Assembly: GCA_019828565.1 (NCBI GenBank)
Contig: JAHDYR010000009.1
Span: 62,001-126,000, forward strand
Source of the DNA: Carpediemonas membranifera BICM
Lineage: Eukaryota > Protista > Fornicata
DNA: 64,000 nucleotides
Direction of reading: 5' to 3'
Positions 23,992 through 36,686 of the stretch are shown here, one piece after another (within the stretch, counting starts at the first letter, position 1; the number at the start of each line of letters is the position of its first letter). Under the pieces are notes generated by a model. It was not told where the DNA came from, did no database searches, and worked only from the letters and a program-made list of their open reading frames with translations. The translations under genes and the position numbers were made by a program.

Positions 23992-26067
23992 ATGGCTGAG
24001 TTTGAAAGATCGCCTGATCTTGGCCCATGGGATGAAAGCGACCAGCTGTTTCGTCCACGTGAATCCTACCACCAGCCCTATGGCGATATGCACCACGTTT
24101 CGCAAATTCCCCACAGCAAGACGTCCATCGCCGAGCTTCAGGGTTCCTCCAGACATACACGTAGAGATGGTTCGAAACCAGCCATGTTTGCGCACGATAC
24201 GCAGCTCTACTCGAAGCTTCTCGCCGTGCACCAGGCGCTCAACAAGAAGCTCCACGCTGGGTCCCCTGAGCCCCAGAACCACGAGGCCAACCGCGAGCAG
24301 AACCACAGCCATCCAATGCGGCCTACAGATCTGGTGATCCCCGGCCAAGCTACGTCCGAAGCCATTGAGACCAAGACGCGAGGCCAGACACAGCCCCAAT
24401 CCCGGAGACAAGACGATGTAGAGCACCAGCCGAGCCAACACACAGGCAAGTTGACCCCCACCCGTGACAGGACATGGGGCTCTGAAAAGCTCGAGTCGCT
24501 CCGGTCTCAGCTGGCTGAGTTGAACTCTCTGGTCCCAGAGTCCATCGACCATATTCTCGCAGAATACCCCGAACCACAACCACAACCGCAGAGGAGCCCG
24601 TATAGAAGCCGCACTGACCACGGCGGGGCGGGTCATACCGGGCTTGACGGCAGCGTGGCCATGGAGGTGGTACACGACGGCGAGGACGTCGAATCAGGCG
24701 AAGAGGAGCATGACAGGGGACATGCCCTTGTGGATAGAGACGACAGCGATTCCCGCCGCCATGCCCGCATCCCCGGGTCAGATTCGGCGGACGAGCTGCA
24801 GTCCGACTTCACACTGAGTCGAAGCCCAGAGGACCCAACCCACCCTGCCGGTCGACTCGACTCGACTGACTCTGAAGGACCAGGGCACAGGTCACACCCT
24901 CTATCAGCCTCGGAGCTCTCCACGGCTGATAACACATCCCATGACCACTTGGTGAGGCAGCAGAGGCTGCTCGCCCAGCTCGTGGCTGAGAGAGATGGCA
25001 CGATCGAGCAGCAGACAAAGGAGATTGAGTCGTTGAAGTCGGATATCAGCAGATTTGAGACGACTCTGAATCGTCTCGAGGCCGAGAAAGAAGAGGCGGC
25101 CAAGGCTTGGGAGAAAGAACGCGCGGAGCTTGAGCAAAAGCTGTCCAACGCGGAGGTCAAGGTCGTCGCTGCCGAATCCGAGCGAGATTCGATGAACGAA
25201 ATGCTCGAAAACGCGCAGTGGGACTCGAACGACGATAAGAAGCAGCTAGTCGAGCTCAAGGAGGCTCTGGAGGAGAAAACGAGCAGTTTAGAGGCGGTGA
25301 TGGGTGAGAACGAGACCCTGCTCGCCCGGGTTGATGATCTCAAGAACGAGGCGGCGGCCATGGCTTCAGAGATCTCCAGGCTCCAACAGGCCGCTGATGA
25401 CGCCGAGGCTGAGCTCGTTGAAGTTCAGTCGCTTCAGGCAGAGATGCTCCAGGCCCGCACCTCCCTCTCAGAAAGGCTCAAGAAGGCCGAGGAGATGCTC
25501 TCTGACGAGAGAGATACGGCAGCTCGCAGGGCAGAGCAGGAAGAGGCGATGCAGGCCCGACTAATCGAGCTCAGAGCCCAGCTTCAAGATGCGCAGGATA
25601 AGGCTAGCGATCGGGATGTGATGGAGGCGGACTACACGGCCCTGCAGGCCCACTGCGAGGACCTTGAGAGCAGGGTTGACGAGCTGGGCGATCAAACAAG
25701 TGCCCTCGCCGAGCTATCAAGGAAGGCGACACTCTATGCTCAAGAGCGGGATAGCTCTCGTCAAGCCGCGGCCAATGAGAAGAAACGGGCTGATAAGCTC
25801 GAGTTTCGGCTGCAGAACGAGCAGCGTGAGCTCGTTGCCGAGCTCAACACCCTCCGTGAGGTCAAGAACGCCCTGCAGAGCGAGCTCCTCCGCAGGAAGG
25901 GGACACAGGCTGCCATGAGTTTAGACGACTCGCCCGCGATACCGACTAATAGACCGAGGGTGGCCACCCCAGAGGATAAGGGCCAGCTTGCAAAGGCACT
26001 GGCGCGGAACCTGAGGCAGCTGAGGGACGTGCAGAACTTCTTACAGCCACATGACTTGGGCCGGTGA
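23992..26067 (+). CDS. Long coiled-coil protein with disordered N-terminus
   Basis: 691-aa ORF with heptad-rich E/K/L C-terminal half. Confidence 0.75.
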   Translation: MAEFERSPDLGPWDESDQLFRPRESYHQPYGDMHHVSQIPHSKTSIAELQGSSRHTRRDGSKPAMFAHDTQLYSKLLAVHQALNKKLHAGSPEPQNHEANREQNHSHPMRPTDLVIPGQATSEAIETKTRGQTQPQSRRQDDVEHQPSQHTGKLTPTRDRTWGSEKLESLRSQLAELNSLVPESIDHILAEYPEPQPQPQRSPYRSRTDHGGAGHTGLDGSVAMEVVHDGEDVESGEEEHDRGHALVDRDDSDSRRHARIPGSDSADELQSDFTLSRSPEDPTHPAGRLDSTDSEGPGHRSHPLSASELSTADNTSHDHLVRQQRLLAQLVAERDGTIEQQTKEIESLKSDISRFETTLNRLEAEKEEAAKAWEKERAELEQKLSNAEVKVVAAESERDSMNEMLENAQWDSNDDKKQLVELKEALEEKTSSLEAVMGENETLLARVDDLKNEAAAMASEISRLQQAADDAEAELVEVQSLQAEMLQARTSLSERLKKAEEMLSDERDTAARRAEQEEAMQARLIELRAQLQDAQDKASDRDVMEADYTALQAHCEDLESRVDELGDQTSALAELSRKATLYAQERDSSRQAAANEKKRADKLEFRLQNEQRELVAELNTLREVKNALQSELLRRKGTQAAMSLDDSPAIPTNRPRVATPEDKGQLAKALARNLRQLRDVQNFLQPHDLGR

Positions 26068-26501
26068 TGGCATGTCGTTTTACTGATGTATTTTTATGAA
26101 TCTAAAGCTCATGTCTTGAGTCGACTTACAGGGCGGGACGCCTGAAATAGCGAAGCAGAGGGTGCGATTCAGTGTGTCGGCTAACGTGTGTGGTTGGCAT
26201 GTTGTGTCTGTGCCGTCGACGATGTTCATTATTGCGGGGCGAGTACCCTGCTTCCACGCCGTCTGCATCGGAAGCACATGTTCTCCCTGCGACAATTCAC
26301 GTTCGGTATCGTCGAGCTTCTTGAGGGTAGGTTGGGTGGCTCGTATTCAGTCGACAGCGAGCAGTTTACGGTTATTGAGCTTGATGAACTGAATTTATCT
26401 TGTGTGCACTTTATGCTCCACTACACTTGATGAATGTCGCCACAATGGACTGATGTGAACAGGGTGCAGTTTATCTCACACTACATTCTCCTCCAGAGGA
26501 A

Positions 26502-29500
26502 CTAGTCCAGTCTGTTGGCACGTCTGTGACCGGACTGAGGCTTGGCCTCGAAAGCCTTGATAGCACGGTCAAGGTCAGGGTGAGATGAACGATAGTGGGT
26601 GAGAGCGGAGAGCGTCTTGATCTCAGTGTAACGCCGCTCGCTGTCTTCATCTGATTCATGCCCAAGCCAGTGAACAGTCAGAACTGGCTCGAGAGTGTCG
26701 GCTTCAAGACGCCAACCAACGATAGAGTCTACGACACCCCAGACAGTGTCGGACATGAACGCAACCTTGGCCTCTCCAACCGAGGGCTTACGAGGGAGCT
26801 TTGCGAGTCTGTTCGCATGACGCTTGATGATGACCTTGGTCACAGGATTCATCAGGCTGTAGGTATCAGGACCGTCAGCGGCTCCTGTCACCAGATAAGG
26901 TCCGCGCAAGTGGAACTCAAGACGAGGTACAGGCTGGTCACGCTTAACCAGGACCCAATCGCCGATATTGAGCTGCTTCGAACCGAATCGAGGGAAATGC
27001 TCATCCTTCCACCTCCTCCGGTGAAGCTGAGCTGCCTGTAGCTTGGCAATAACGCTCTTAGCGCGCTCCTGCGTCTCGGCAGTGATATGCGATCTGTCAG
27101 GAGTGATAGGTTCGCCGTTCTTAACAGCGTGATGGACAAGTGCAGCCGAAAGAGCAACCTCTCTAGGCGTAGCGCCTCCCAGTGACACACTGGGGGTAGC
27201 ATTGATGTTAATCTCCGCTTGGGACATAGCATTGCGCCATTGGTGGCGCGGACAATCAGATAACGTTCCAATAGCGACCCTAAGGTGCTTGTTGGCCTCC
27301 CGGTTAAATCTCTCAACGAGGCCATTTGCCTCGTGCCTTTCAGGCGTAGTTACGCGATGGTAAATGCCGAAGGTAGCGCAGAAGGTCTTAAAGTCATGGT
27401 TGCAAAACTGAGTACCACTGTCAGTTACAATCTGGTCGGGGCACGCCCAACGCGCGATGATGATCGACCGGATTGCCATAATAGTCTCGCGAGCCTCAGT
27501 GCTCCTAAGAGGGATAAGGTGGGTGAGGTGGGAACCTCCGTCAACGCATGTCATGATATACCGGTAGCCCGAGTCCTCAGGAGTTATAGGTCCGATAGTA
27601 TCCACGTGGAGCGTGGCCAACGGCCTGTCAGCTGGCAGCTGGCGCTCGATGTACATGACATTTGGTTGAGCACGGTGTGAGCGCTGACATGTCACACACC
27701 GTTCTACATAAGACTCCACGTCCTTTCGAGCCCCAGTCCAACTGAGTCCGGCAACCTCCAAGAGGTGTAGGGTGGTGTCTACTCCGGCATGATGCCTGCT
27801 GTGCACAGACTGGAAGCGAGATTGCTTGATGTCGTCAGTCAGAACAGCGTTCTCCCCAATATACATGATGGGAAGCCTTGACAGGCTGTCAGCAGCCGTG
27901 TTGTCGCGCCCGGGGATATGCACGACTTCATAGATGGGGAAGCGGGCCATCTCTAAGGCCCAACGAGTGACCTTGGGCGTCGAGGATGCAACCATCGACA
28001 CAAGGCATGAGTTGTCAGTGTGGAGTGATATGGGCGTACCAATAAGCATAGGACGGAAGCGCTCCAGAGCAGCGAACACAGCCCACTGCTCTTTCTCGAC
28101 AGTCTTCCAGACACACTGCTGTTTGTCAAAGCGGCGTGAAAAGAATGCCAAAGGGTGGCCATCCTGCACCAGGACGGCACCAACGCCCACGTTGCTCGCG
28201 TCAGTATAGAGATCGAGTGGCTTGTTGGGATTGAAATGATAGAGTGTGACCGCCTCACTTGCAGCCTCTCTCAAACACTCAAGGGAGTGGCGTCTCTGCT
28301 CAACTGAAATCGTCTCCCCGGCCTTAAACCTCTCGAGAGGGTCTGCCTTTCCGATGTAGTCCGGTATAAATCTTCTGATAAAGCCAAAAACCCCGAGCAC
28401 ATGTTGTGCTTCGGACTTGTTCAGAGGGACACGGATATTAGTCAATGAGTCGAGTCTGGATGGGTGGATCGAGACCCCCGTTCCAGACACAACCGAACCC
28501 AGATAATCAATTTGGGTTAAGCCAATGTGAGACTTGGGCCCCGACAGCCGGATTCGATGATCACAGCAGACGTCAAACAGCTCCTCAACCACAGAAAGGA
28601 GGTCTGCAGCCGAGCCTGCGTAGCAGAGTACGTCATCAACAAAGATCAGGCACTTAAGCTTGTACTTGCGACGCAGACCATCAAGTCTGGACTGAAAGAT
28701 CATAGGCCCATTCATGAGGCCAAAGGGCAGACGACGGAAGACATATCTCTCGCCACGATGTTCAAAGCCTGTCGCCATAGAGGCCTGCTCGGTCAGATTG
28801 AGCTGATGGAAACCCGAGCGGAGGTCGAAGCAGGCAAACACCTCGGAGCCTCGACATGCCTCGTAAAGCTCTTCCACAGTTGGCATAGGATGTTCCTCGA
28901 CCTCAGTAGCCGCGTTAACATGGCGGTAGTCGAGAATGGGTCTGAACGGTGGGTTCGCGGAGGGCTTACCAACCATAAACACGGGGGAGAGCCATTTCAG
29001 GTCAGCAGTTGTGCTCTCGATGGTCCCGTTATCAAGCATAGACTCAATAAAGGTATCCATGGCCTCGAGGTGGGCCTTGTTCCGGATAGGTCTCATGATC
29101 TGGGAGGGGACGATGCCATCCTTCCAGATAATGTCAAACTCTGCCAAATCAGCTCCCGATGGGTGCAACGGACCAAAGAGCTCACTATGCTTCTCGCACA
29201 GTGCATGGAACTTAGGTGCAAGATCACCGAGGTTCGAATCATGGATAGTAGGAAGAGTGTAGCCGCCGACATATAGGTTAGCTAACTCAACAAAGTCGTT
29301 GACCGGATCTGTCGAAGGAGTCTTATCCTCCTCCGGCTCTGGCTTATTAACGCCAAAGGACAGTCCTACTGCACGCATGGCAGTCTTACCCAGGATGAGT
29401 GCCGTGGGTAGGTCAGGGATAATAACAGCATCAAGCTGTCGGCCACGCACCGGGAAACAACCGGGCATGGAGACAATAGGGCTCAGCGTCGTAGTACCAA

Positions 29501-30814
29501 CATAGCAGCCACACTGGCCATTCCAGCTGTTGACGTGGCCCTCGGCCGGTGTAACGGTTAGACCCAGGCGTTCAGCCGCCTCAGGCCTCATCATAACGGC
29601 AAACTGCTTGGCACAAGAGTCGGCCTCTGCAACAACCACAGGACCGCCGTGACGTGTGCTAACCTCGACGAGGAAGTCATCGTAGGTTTCAGGCAGCTCA
29701 GTCATCATGGGTTCAACATAGATACCCGAGTGCTCAGCCTTCGGGATAAAACCATTGTAAGAGTTCTTGTTGCGTGTCGAGCGCCCTTCAGTCTTGACTC
29801 GGTCAGCGATGGACTCCAGAGTCACATTGTGCGCCTTCATAGCAGCTAAAGCAGTCTTACAAGGCTGCTTGTCGAGATCCTGAGCTCTCCGGACATGGTT
29901 CATGAGCTTGGGGATGGTAAGGACCTTAGTAATGTCGGCTTGCTGCTTTGCATTCGCAGCCTGTAGGACGTGGCAGTCACTGCTACCGTGGTCGTCGACG
30001 AGGTGGAAGCAACAGAATTTCCCACCGGAGTTCTTCGGGCCTGCGGTCATCGCCCTCGGAGCGATGTCTCCCTTAACAGTACGGGAGAAGGGCTTGGACT
30101 GAGTGGAGATGGGGGTCACAGCCTCCATGACTCCATCAACTCTACGTAGAAAGTCGCGAAGCTCAGTGGACTTCTTGAGAGCCTCGCTAATCAAGGTGTC
30201 AACAGTCACAGTATGATCGAGTATGCGCCGAGAGTACCCCGTGCCAAAGAGGTAGTTGAGGGTGACGTCATTCGGGGCACGCACTCCTTCGATGAGGAGC
30301 CTCTTAATCTCACTTCTTAGACCATGGTCATCGGAGCACTGAAGCGAATCCAGGGTCTGGCGGAAGGCCAATAGGAATGTGATGGTGGACTCGAGCGATT
30401 CGAGCCTTGTTCCGTGATTGACCTGCGACACAGCCGCCAAGATAGCTAGAGCATCAGAATCCGTCATCTTAAGTTCCTGACGCAAGTAGTCAAGGTAATT
30501 GTCGGCCTGCTTACCGAGGGCTTCGGTCTTGGATAGGGCCGTCTCCTTAGGGAGAGCGAGCGAGTGCTCTATGGTCTCCTCCATCGTCGTCAAATAGTTA
30601 GCTCTTGCCTTCGAGAGCTTGTCTTCACGCTTAGCCTTAGCATCAGGCGTCTCCTCATCGGGAACAATCTGAAGAGTAGTAATATACTCCTTAAGCATGG
30701 TTACTGTTCGAGAGAGCTTCGTGAAACGGTCAGATGAACCGTTATACATCTTCGATGAGAGGTATGGCTCTATCTCTTGGGCCAAATACGACACGAGTTC
30801 AGTAGCAGAGGTGA
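26502..30814 (-). CDS. Element A gag-pol main segment (Gag-PR-RT-RH-IN-chromodomain); N-terminal pieces at 44136-44263 and 49171-49268
   Basis: DLRSGFHQ, LPFGL, IFVDD, TDAS, integrase HHCC and DDE, chromodomain; the three pieces join in frame to 1512 aa starting MDISALKD. Confidence 0.92.
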
Positions 30815-30863
30815 TGTGCCGAATCAAGGCAAGAACTGGTGAAGTGGTTTAAACTGACAAAAC

Positions 30864-32234
30864 TCACTGGAGCAACGAGACAGGAAACGCCACATCCTGC
30901 CCCTCCTCAAGATCCTTGAGGATTAGCTTGCCCTTGGGGTGGTTGGCCAGACTGGCCATCGGCTCCTCGGTGGCCTCCGAGGCCGGGAAGCCATCCCATT
31001 CGATCAGAAATGTGTGAGCGTCTCTGTCGCAAGACAGGATGCGGGATGGGAGGAACTCCTCCCGATCACCGACGGCAAACATTCGCATCTGCTCAAGCGT
31101 GGCATCGGCGTCAAAGAGAAAAAGCTTGTCCTGGTGGACAGTGCGCTCCGACAAATCGACAAGATGCTGAATGGTGACAGCCTTGTTTTCCCCTATGCTG
31201 ACCACCTTAAAGGGGCCAATGGCACCGTGGAGCTTGGTCTCTCTCTCGTTGGCTAGGAGGACGAAGTCGCCCGCTTTGAACTGCGCTGTGACAGCGGATC
31301 TTGACCTGATGATGCGCTCCTGCTTCGCCACCGCCTTCGCGCGCAGCCCGTCAAGGTACGACTGAAGGTCGGACATGTAGTCGTCCAGAGAAGCCAGTGG
31401 CTCGGTCTCGGCCCTGTCAGCCGGCTCGTGTACAAACGTGAGGCCGGCGGGGTAGCCGAAGAGGAGTTGGTGCGGGGTGAACCCCGTTGCGGAGTGACGA
31501 GAGTGATTGATGACATGTTGCACGTACGGCACCAGCGGGGACCAGTTGCTGTGTGTGTTAAACTTCGCGCAAAGGAGGCGGAGATGCCGTTTGATCTCGT
31601 AATTCACGCGCTCTACGATCCCGTTCGAAGCCGGGTGGTACGGCAGAGTGCGGTGGTGTGTAACGTTGAGGCGTCTGAGGAGGGCATTGAGGACCCTGTT
31701 CACAAACTCCGGGCCATTGTCAGTCCGAATTGTGGTTGGTAGGCCATGTCTGCCCATGATGGCGGTCCAAATTGCCCCTGCGACGGAGTCCGCGGTGTGG
31801 TTGGGCATGGGTACAAGCTCCACATAACGCGTGAATGCGTCAATGATGACCAGGATAAACCTGTTGCCCCATGCGTCTGTATGAAGGGGGCCGACTGTGT
31901 CGACCGAGACGGTGTCAAACGGTGTGTGTACCATGGTGGACGCGAGAGCCGACTCTCTGAAACGGGCGAGTCGCGCCTTCTGGCACAGGGCACACTTGCT
32001 CACGTAAGAACGACAGTCGTCGATGACGGCTGGCCAGGTGAAACCCATCGCGCGTAGGTTAGCGGCTGTGTTGACGGCGCCGGCGTGGTAGCGGTGGGCC
32101 TCGGCGATGAGCTTCGCCTTCAAGTCGGTAGCTCCCTCGGGGATAACGGCGACCCCATCGTGAACGTGGAGACCGTCGGCGTCAGTGGGCAGGCGCGAAA
32201 CCGAGGGGTCGGCGGCCTGAGCTGCTCGCACCTC
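30864..32234 (-). pseudogene. Element B integrase-chromodomain fragment (stop codon lies inside the 3' LTR)
   Basis: HRYHAG..CALC, VDTVGP, TDNGPEF, NGIVERVN, FLIEWDGFPASEATEEP; truncated upstream by D. Confidence 0.88.
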
Positions 32235-35200
32235 TGCAGTGGGTCTTACCCAATGTTACATAGGATTACCATTTCATAGATTTATATAGTATTGACCATA
32301 TTCACCACATCATGGGTTTTCTTATATTAAACAATCTTTCCCTAGCCATAAGGCTACATTAGTACTAATCCCACCAACATGGTATACGGGAAGGCCAAAG
32401 CGCCGATACTAAAGGGCACGTCCGTGGCTGAATTAGTCACGTTCGTGGAAGCGCTCCAAGATTATCGAGCACTCGGCGGAAAACAGCGCTCAGACCGCCT
32501 AATAGACAGCTGCGTCCGTGACTACGTTGACGGAGTACTCGGCACGGACGACAACGATCCTCCCGTGGCGCTCATCAAGACCAAGACTACACGCCGGCGC
32601 GAACAAGACATCGCTTGTGTCAAGCGTCTCGGCAAGGCCTTTAGACCACGCCACGAGGTAGCAAGGCTTGAATACTTCCGCTTGAACGCCACATCCTTCA
32701 CGCCTAGCGAGGTGGTACGCATCAACAAGCGCTTTCAGACATTGCTGGCTATTCTGCAACCCGAGTCATCACAGGAGACACTGTGTAAGACGTACGCCCG
32801 CTGCTTCAAGCAGGGAACAGGCAGAACTATGTACCGCATTCAAGAGTTGATCGAAGATTCCACTCTGAGTGATGCCATGCCTCAGGTACTCGCCATTAGC
32901 ACCGAGCTGCGGGACGGCGAAGAGCTGAGAGAAGCGTACCTAGGAGACGGACAGAAGCACCCCAAGAGCATTCACCCGACAGGCGGCCATCCTAGCGGTA
33001 ACAGAAAGAGAGCAGGCCGCAACGGCCATCCTTATCGCCAGCCGCTGCCGTCTGAGGAGGGAAGCAACAAGACGCTGAACCGGGATAAGACAGAGCGTAA
33101 GCCCCATCCCGGTAGCACTGACAAGAAGCGCGACTACACCTGCTGGAACTGCGGCGGCAAGCACGCATGGCACAAGTGCCCCAAGCCGAAGCACACGTGC
33201 TCGATCTGCAAGAAGACTGGTCACCTGGAGAGATATTGTCGGGATAAATCTCCGCAATATTCTCTCTCTATCAGTGCAGATCAGTCCAAGTCCAAGATCA
33301 ACCTACCACTCGTTCCGGTTTCAGTAGGCAAGCAGAAGCTGACAGCGTTATTAGACTCGGGAGCTAACGTGTCAAGCATCCACCCTCGCCACGCAGCCAA
33401 GCTCGAGGTCATCTCCACCACGCAGGAGCGTGTCGCAACAGCAGGCGGCGAGAAACAGTCACAGGGTCGAGTCAACGCTACGATTAAGCTGCAACCATCA
33501 TCGTTCACCCCGCGCACTTGTACATTTAACGCCGAGCTACTTCTACTCGACACCGACTTCGACCTGATCCTAGGATACCCCCATATGGTTGAGTTGGGTA
33601 TTCTCCCTCAGGCTGAGTGGAACAAGGAGGGTAGCGACGAGCTGGACATTCCGTCGCCCGCCAAGTTCGACGCTGCCGTCTACCAGTTGAACCCCACTAC
33701 GAGCGATACACAGGCCAAGATTCTCAAGGAGTTCAGCGCAGTGTTCGAAGATCGCAACGAGCCAAGCAAGCTCGAACCGTACGACTTGATCCTGAAGAGT
33801 GACAGGGTCGTGAACGCGCGACCATACTACATCCCCCCGGCGAAGGTAGCCGTCGTCAAGGAGCACATTGACGCTCTCCTGGCGAAGAGATTTATCCGTG
33901 CCTGTCAATCGCCTTACGCTTCGCCCGCGATGACAGTACCCAAGAAAGGGGGTAAGTCCCGATTCGTAGTTGACTTCAGACAAATTAACGACATCACCGA
34001 ACCTTTCAACTACCCCATACCTCGTATTGACGAGGTTATCTCCCCAGCTAGCGGGGAAGAAGGTCTTCGCAACCCTCGACCTCTCCGCCGGTTACCACCA
34101 AGTCGAGCTGACCGAGCGCTGCCGCCAGTACACCGCATTTACTACGGCTCTGGGGCAGTACGAGTACTGTCGGATGCCCTTTGGGCTACGCAATGCTGGA
34201 GCCCATTTCCAGCGGGCTATGGAGTCCGCCTTCCGGGGGCTGGTCGGCACAGCCTGTTATATATACATTGACGACATCATCATCTTCGGGGCAAGCGAAG
34301 AGGAATATCTCCAGAATCTCCGCAAGGTCCTCCTTCGCGCACGCGAGACAAAGTTACAGCTCAATAGGGAGAAGTGCCAGTTTGGCCGTGCCGAGGTCGA
34401 GTTCCTAGGTTGGGTAATCTCCGAGGGGCAGAAACACATCGCCCCCCGACCGGGTAGCCGACATTGCAGAGCTCCAGTTGCCCAAGAGCGTCCGTGGGAT
34501 GCAGGGCTTAGTAGGCTTTCTGAACTATTTCAGAGATCACGTGGACCGTTTCGCCGAGATCGCCCTCCCCTTGACTGAGGCAATGGCCGGGCGCAGGCCT
34601 ATCGGCCAGCCTGAACAGGACGCAGCGCTGAAGAAGATCAAGGATGCTCTCACATCGGCGGACGCACTCGCCATCTTCGACGCGACTAAGGAGCACACTA
34701 TTATGACCGATGCCTCAGGGCTCGGCTACGGTGCAGTACTCCTCCAAGAGGGTAGGCCAGTATGCTATATGAGTAAGGCCTTTAATGAGGTGCAGTCGAG
34801 ATGGTCCACCAGTGAGAAGGAGACGTACGCCATTATAGCTGCCGTGCAACGCTGGCGCAAGTTCCTCAGTTGGGGCCATTTCACAATCCTGACCGACCAC
34901 AGGAACCTCCTGTTCATGTTCCGGAGCGTTAACGCCAAGGTCAAGCGATGGGCTGACACCCTGTCCGACTTAGACTTCGGTATTGAGCATGTTGCAGGTT
35001 TAGACAACGCCGGAGCCGACGGACTATCGAGAGTTTTCACCGTACGCTCCCAGGCGACCACTGATCAGATTAAGAAGGCACACGAGATGGCAGGCGCTCA
35101 TTTCTCGAGAAGACAGACAATCGACAGACTGAGAGCCGACGGGTTGAGCGTATCCCGCTCAGCTGTGGACGAGTTCATCTCTCATTGCCCCACGTGCCAA

Positions 35201-35550
35201 GTGCTAGAACGACCACCCGAGCAGACTGTGGCCGGGTTACATACGGCTGTAGAGACCCCGTTCAAACGCGTAGCGATCGACACTATGGGGCCATTCCCAA
35301 CGCGGGACGGTATGACGCACATTACGGTCATGGTCGACATGTGCTCACGGTGGACCGAGCTGGTTGCCGTCTCCGGGACCACAGCCGAAGCAGCAGCTGA
35401 CGCATTCGTCAACAACTGGGTACTGCGCTTCGGGTGCCCAGAGGTGTTACAGTCCGATGGAGGGCCAGAGTTTAACAACAAGCTATTCCAACGGTTGTCC
35501 AAGGAGTTGGGCTTTGATACGCACATCACTACGGCCCACCATCCACAGTC
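32235..35550 (+). mobile_element. Gypsy element D, 3'-truncated; 5' LTR 32235-32358; gag-pol from 32379
   Basis: 124-bp TG..CA LTR; palindrome ATTAGTACTAAT 32358-32369; two CCHC knuckles, LDSG, YIDD, RNase H; integrase cut after HHPQS. Confidence 0.9.
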
Positions 35551-36624
35551 CAGACCTTACAACCGCTACGGGCTCAACAGTCAACGATCAGGAGCGCCAG
35601 CCCGATTCCAGCGTGGTTCCGGCAACCGTCGTCGGCGATTCGCGTCCGTCTCGCCGTGCTAGAGGCAAGCGCCGTATCGGCGTCCGTGATCGAGTTCTCC
35701 CGCCGGCAGTCACGGGCGCGGACGTGGTGTTCGAGCCTCCCCGCATTGATCGCGCCACACGGCTGCGGGGTGAGCTCGATCACGTCATCTCGACGGTCAC
35801 GGCGACGTTATCGACATTCTCATCGCATCTAGAGCTGTCAGTGCAGCCGTTCCTCGATGTGTTGATGAGCGGTGCGCTTAACCAGGCATCGCTGACCTCC
35901 GTTCAGCGCCTCGACGGTGGCGTCATCGCTCTGTCTGGGGCAGTCGATGACTACTATCTGCTTGTCGGCTTCCGCAAGTACTTCGATCTTGGCTCCGGTG
36001 TCAGCGACCGGGAGATCATGAACCAGGTATTCAACGGTCGCCGTGCCGGCGATATCCGCCGGGAGGTCCTGGATGAGGCGGCACGCCTTCTTGCCGTTGG
36101 GGTCGACACGGCACGTAGCCACGTCCGCCGGCTCTATCTTCTTACGCATCATGTTCCGTATTATGCAGTGCTACAGCACGCGATCTGGAGCCGGGTGCTG
36201 CAGGGCCGGCAGTGCCTGTATCGATTTGCCCATGACTGCTACGCCCTTGCCTGCGCCGAGGAGCTGCCGACCCTCAGCCTCCCCCCGGTAGGTACCCCGG
36301 TTTCTTCGTCTTACACAGGATATGACCCGCTTTCAGGTCTACGAGCGCGACCGGTATTATCGCGTGCTGGCTGTGCGTGGTCACTGGTGGCTGTTCGTTG
36401 AGCAGGCCTACCGTGGTCGCGCTGGCTCCTTCTTGCTCCTTGTCGCCTACGACGGGTTCCCTGAAGCAAGTCTGACGCCGGTTAACGCAGACCTTGTCCG
36501 CGTGGCTGTGGTCAACCAGTACCTCAGGGCTCATTCCGAGCTCTGGGACGTTCTGCCTGAGTCCCTGCAGGTAGAGTTGGAAGAAGTGGTGACCAGTGAC
36601 GAGGAGTCTGCCGGTGACGAGTAA
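35551..36624 (+). CDS. Antisense accessory gene of D' (5'-truncated; one frameshift near 36285) with C-terminal chromodomain-like module
   Basis: Two overlapping ORFs; the C-terminus aligns by eye with the 59351-60679 product. Confidence 0.7.
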
Positions 36625-36686
36625 ATGTTCTGATGATCTTGGTTAGCGCCTTGATAGTCCGTTATTTACACGGCTATGTACAAGGG

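Noticed and set aside
26080-26430. Possible gag relic (minus-strand RRENMCFRCRRRG) upstream of the original VPS36 start
   Set aside because: Only a partial knuckle-like motif; insufficient support.
26435-26485. 51-bp direct repeat read as an unusually long target-site duplication of VPS36 upstream DNA
   Set aside because: It has TG..CA ends, its own 4-bp TSD, an adjacent PPT and brackets one continuous gag-pol, so it is an LTR.
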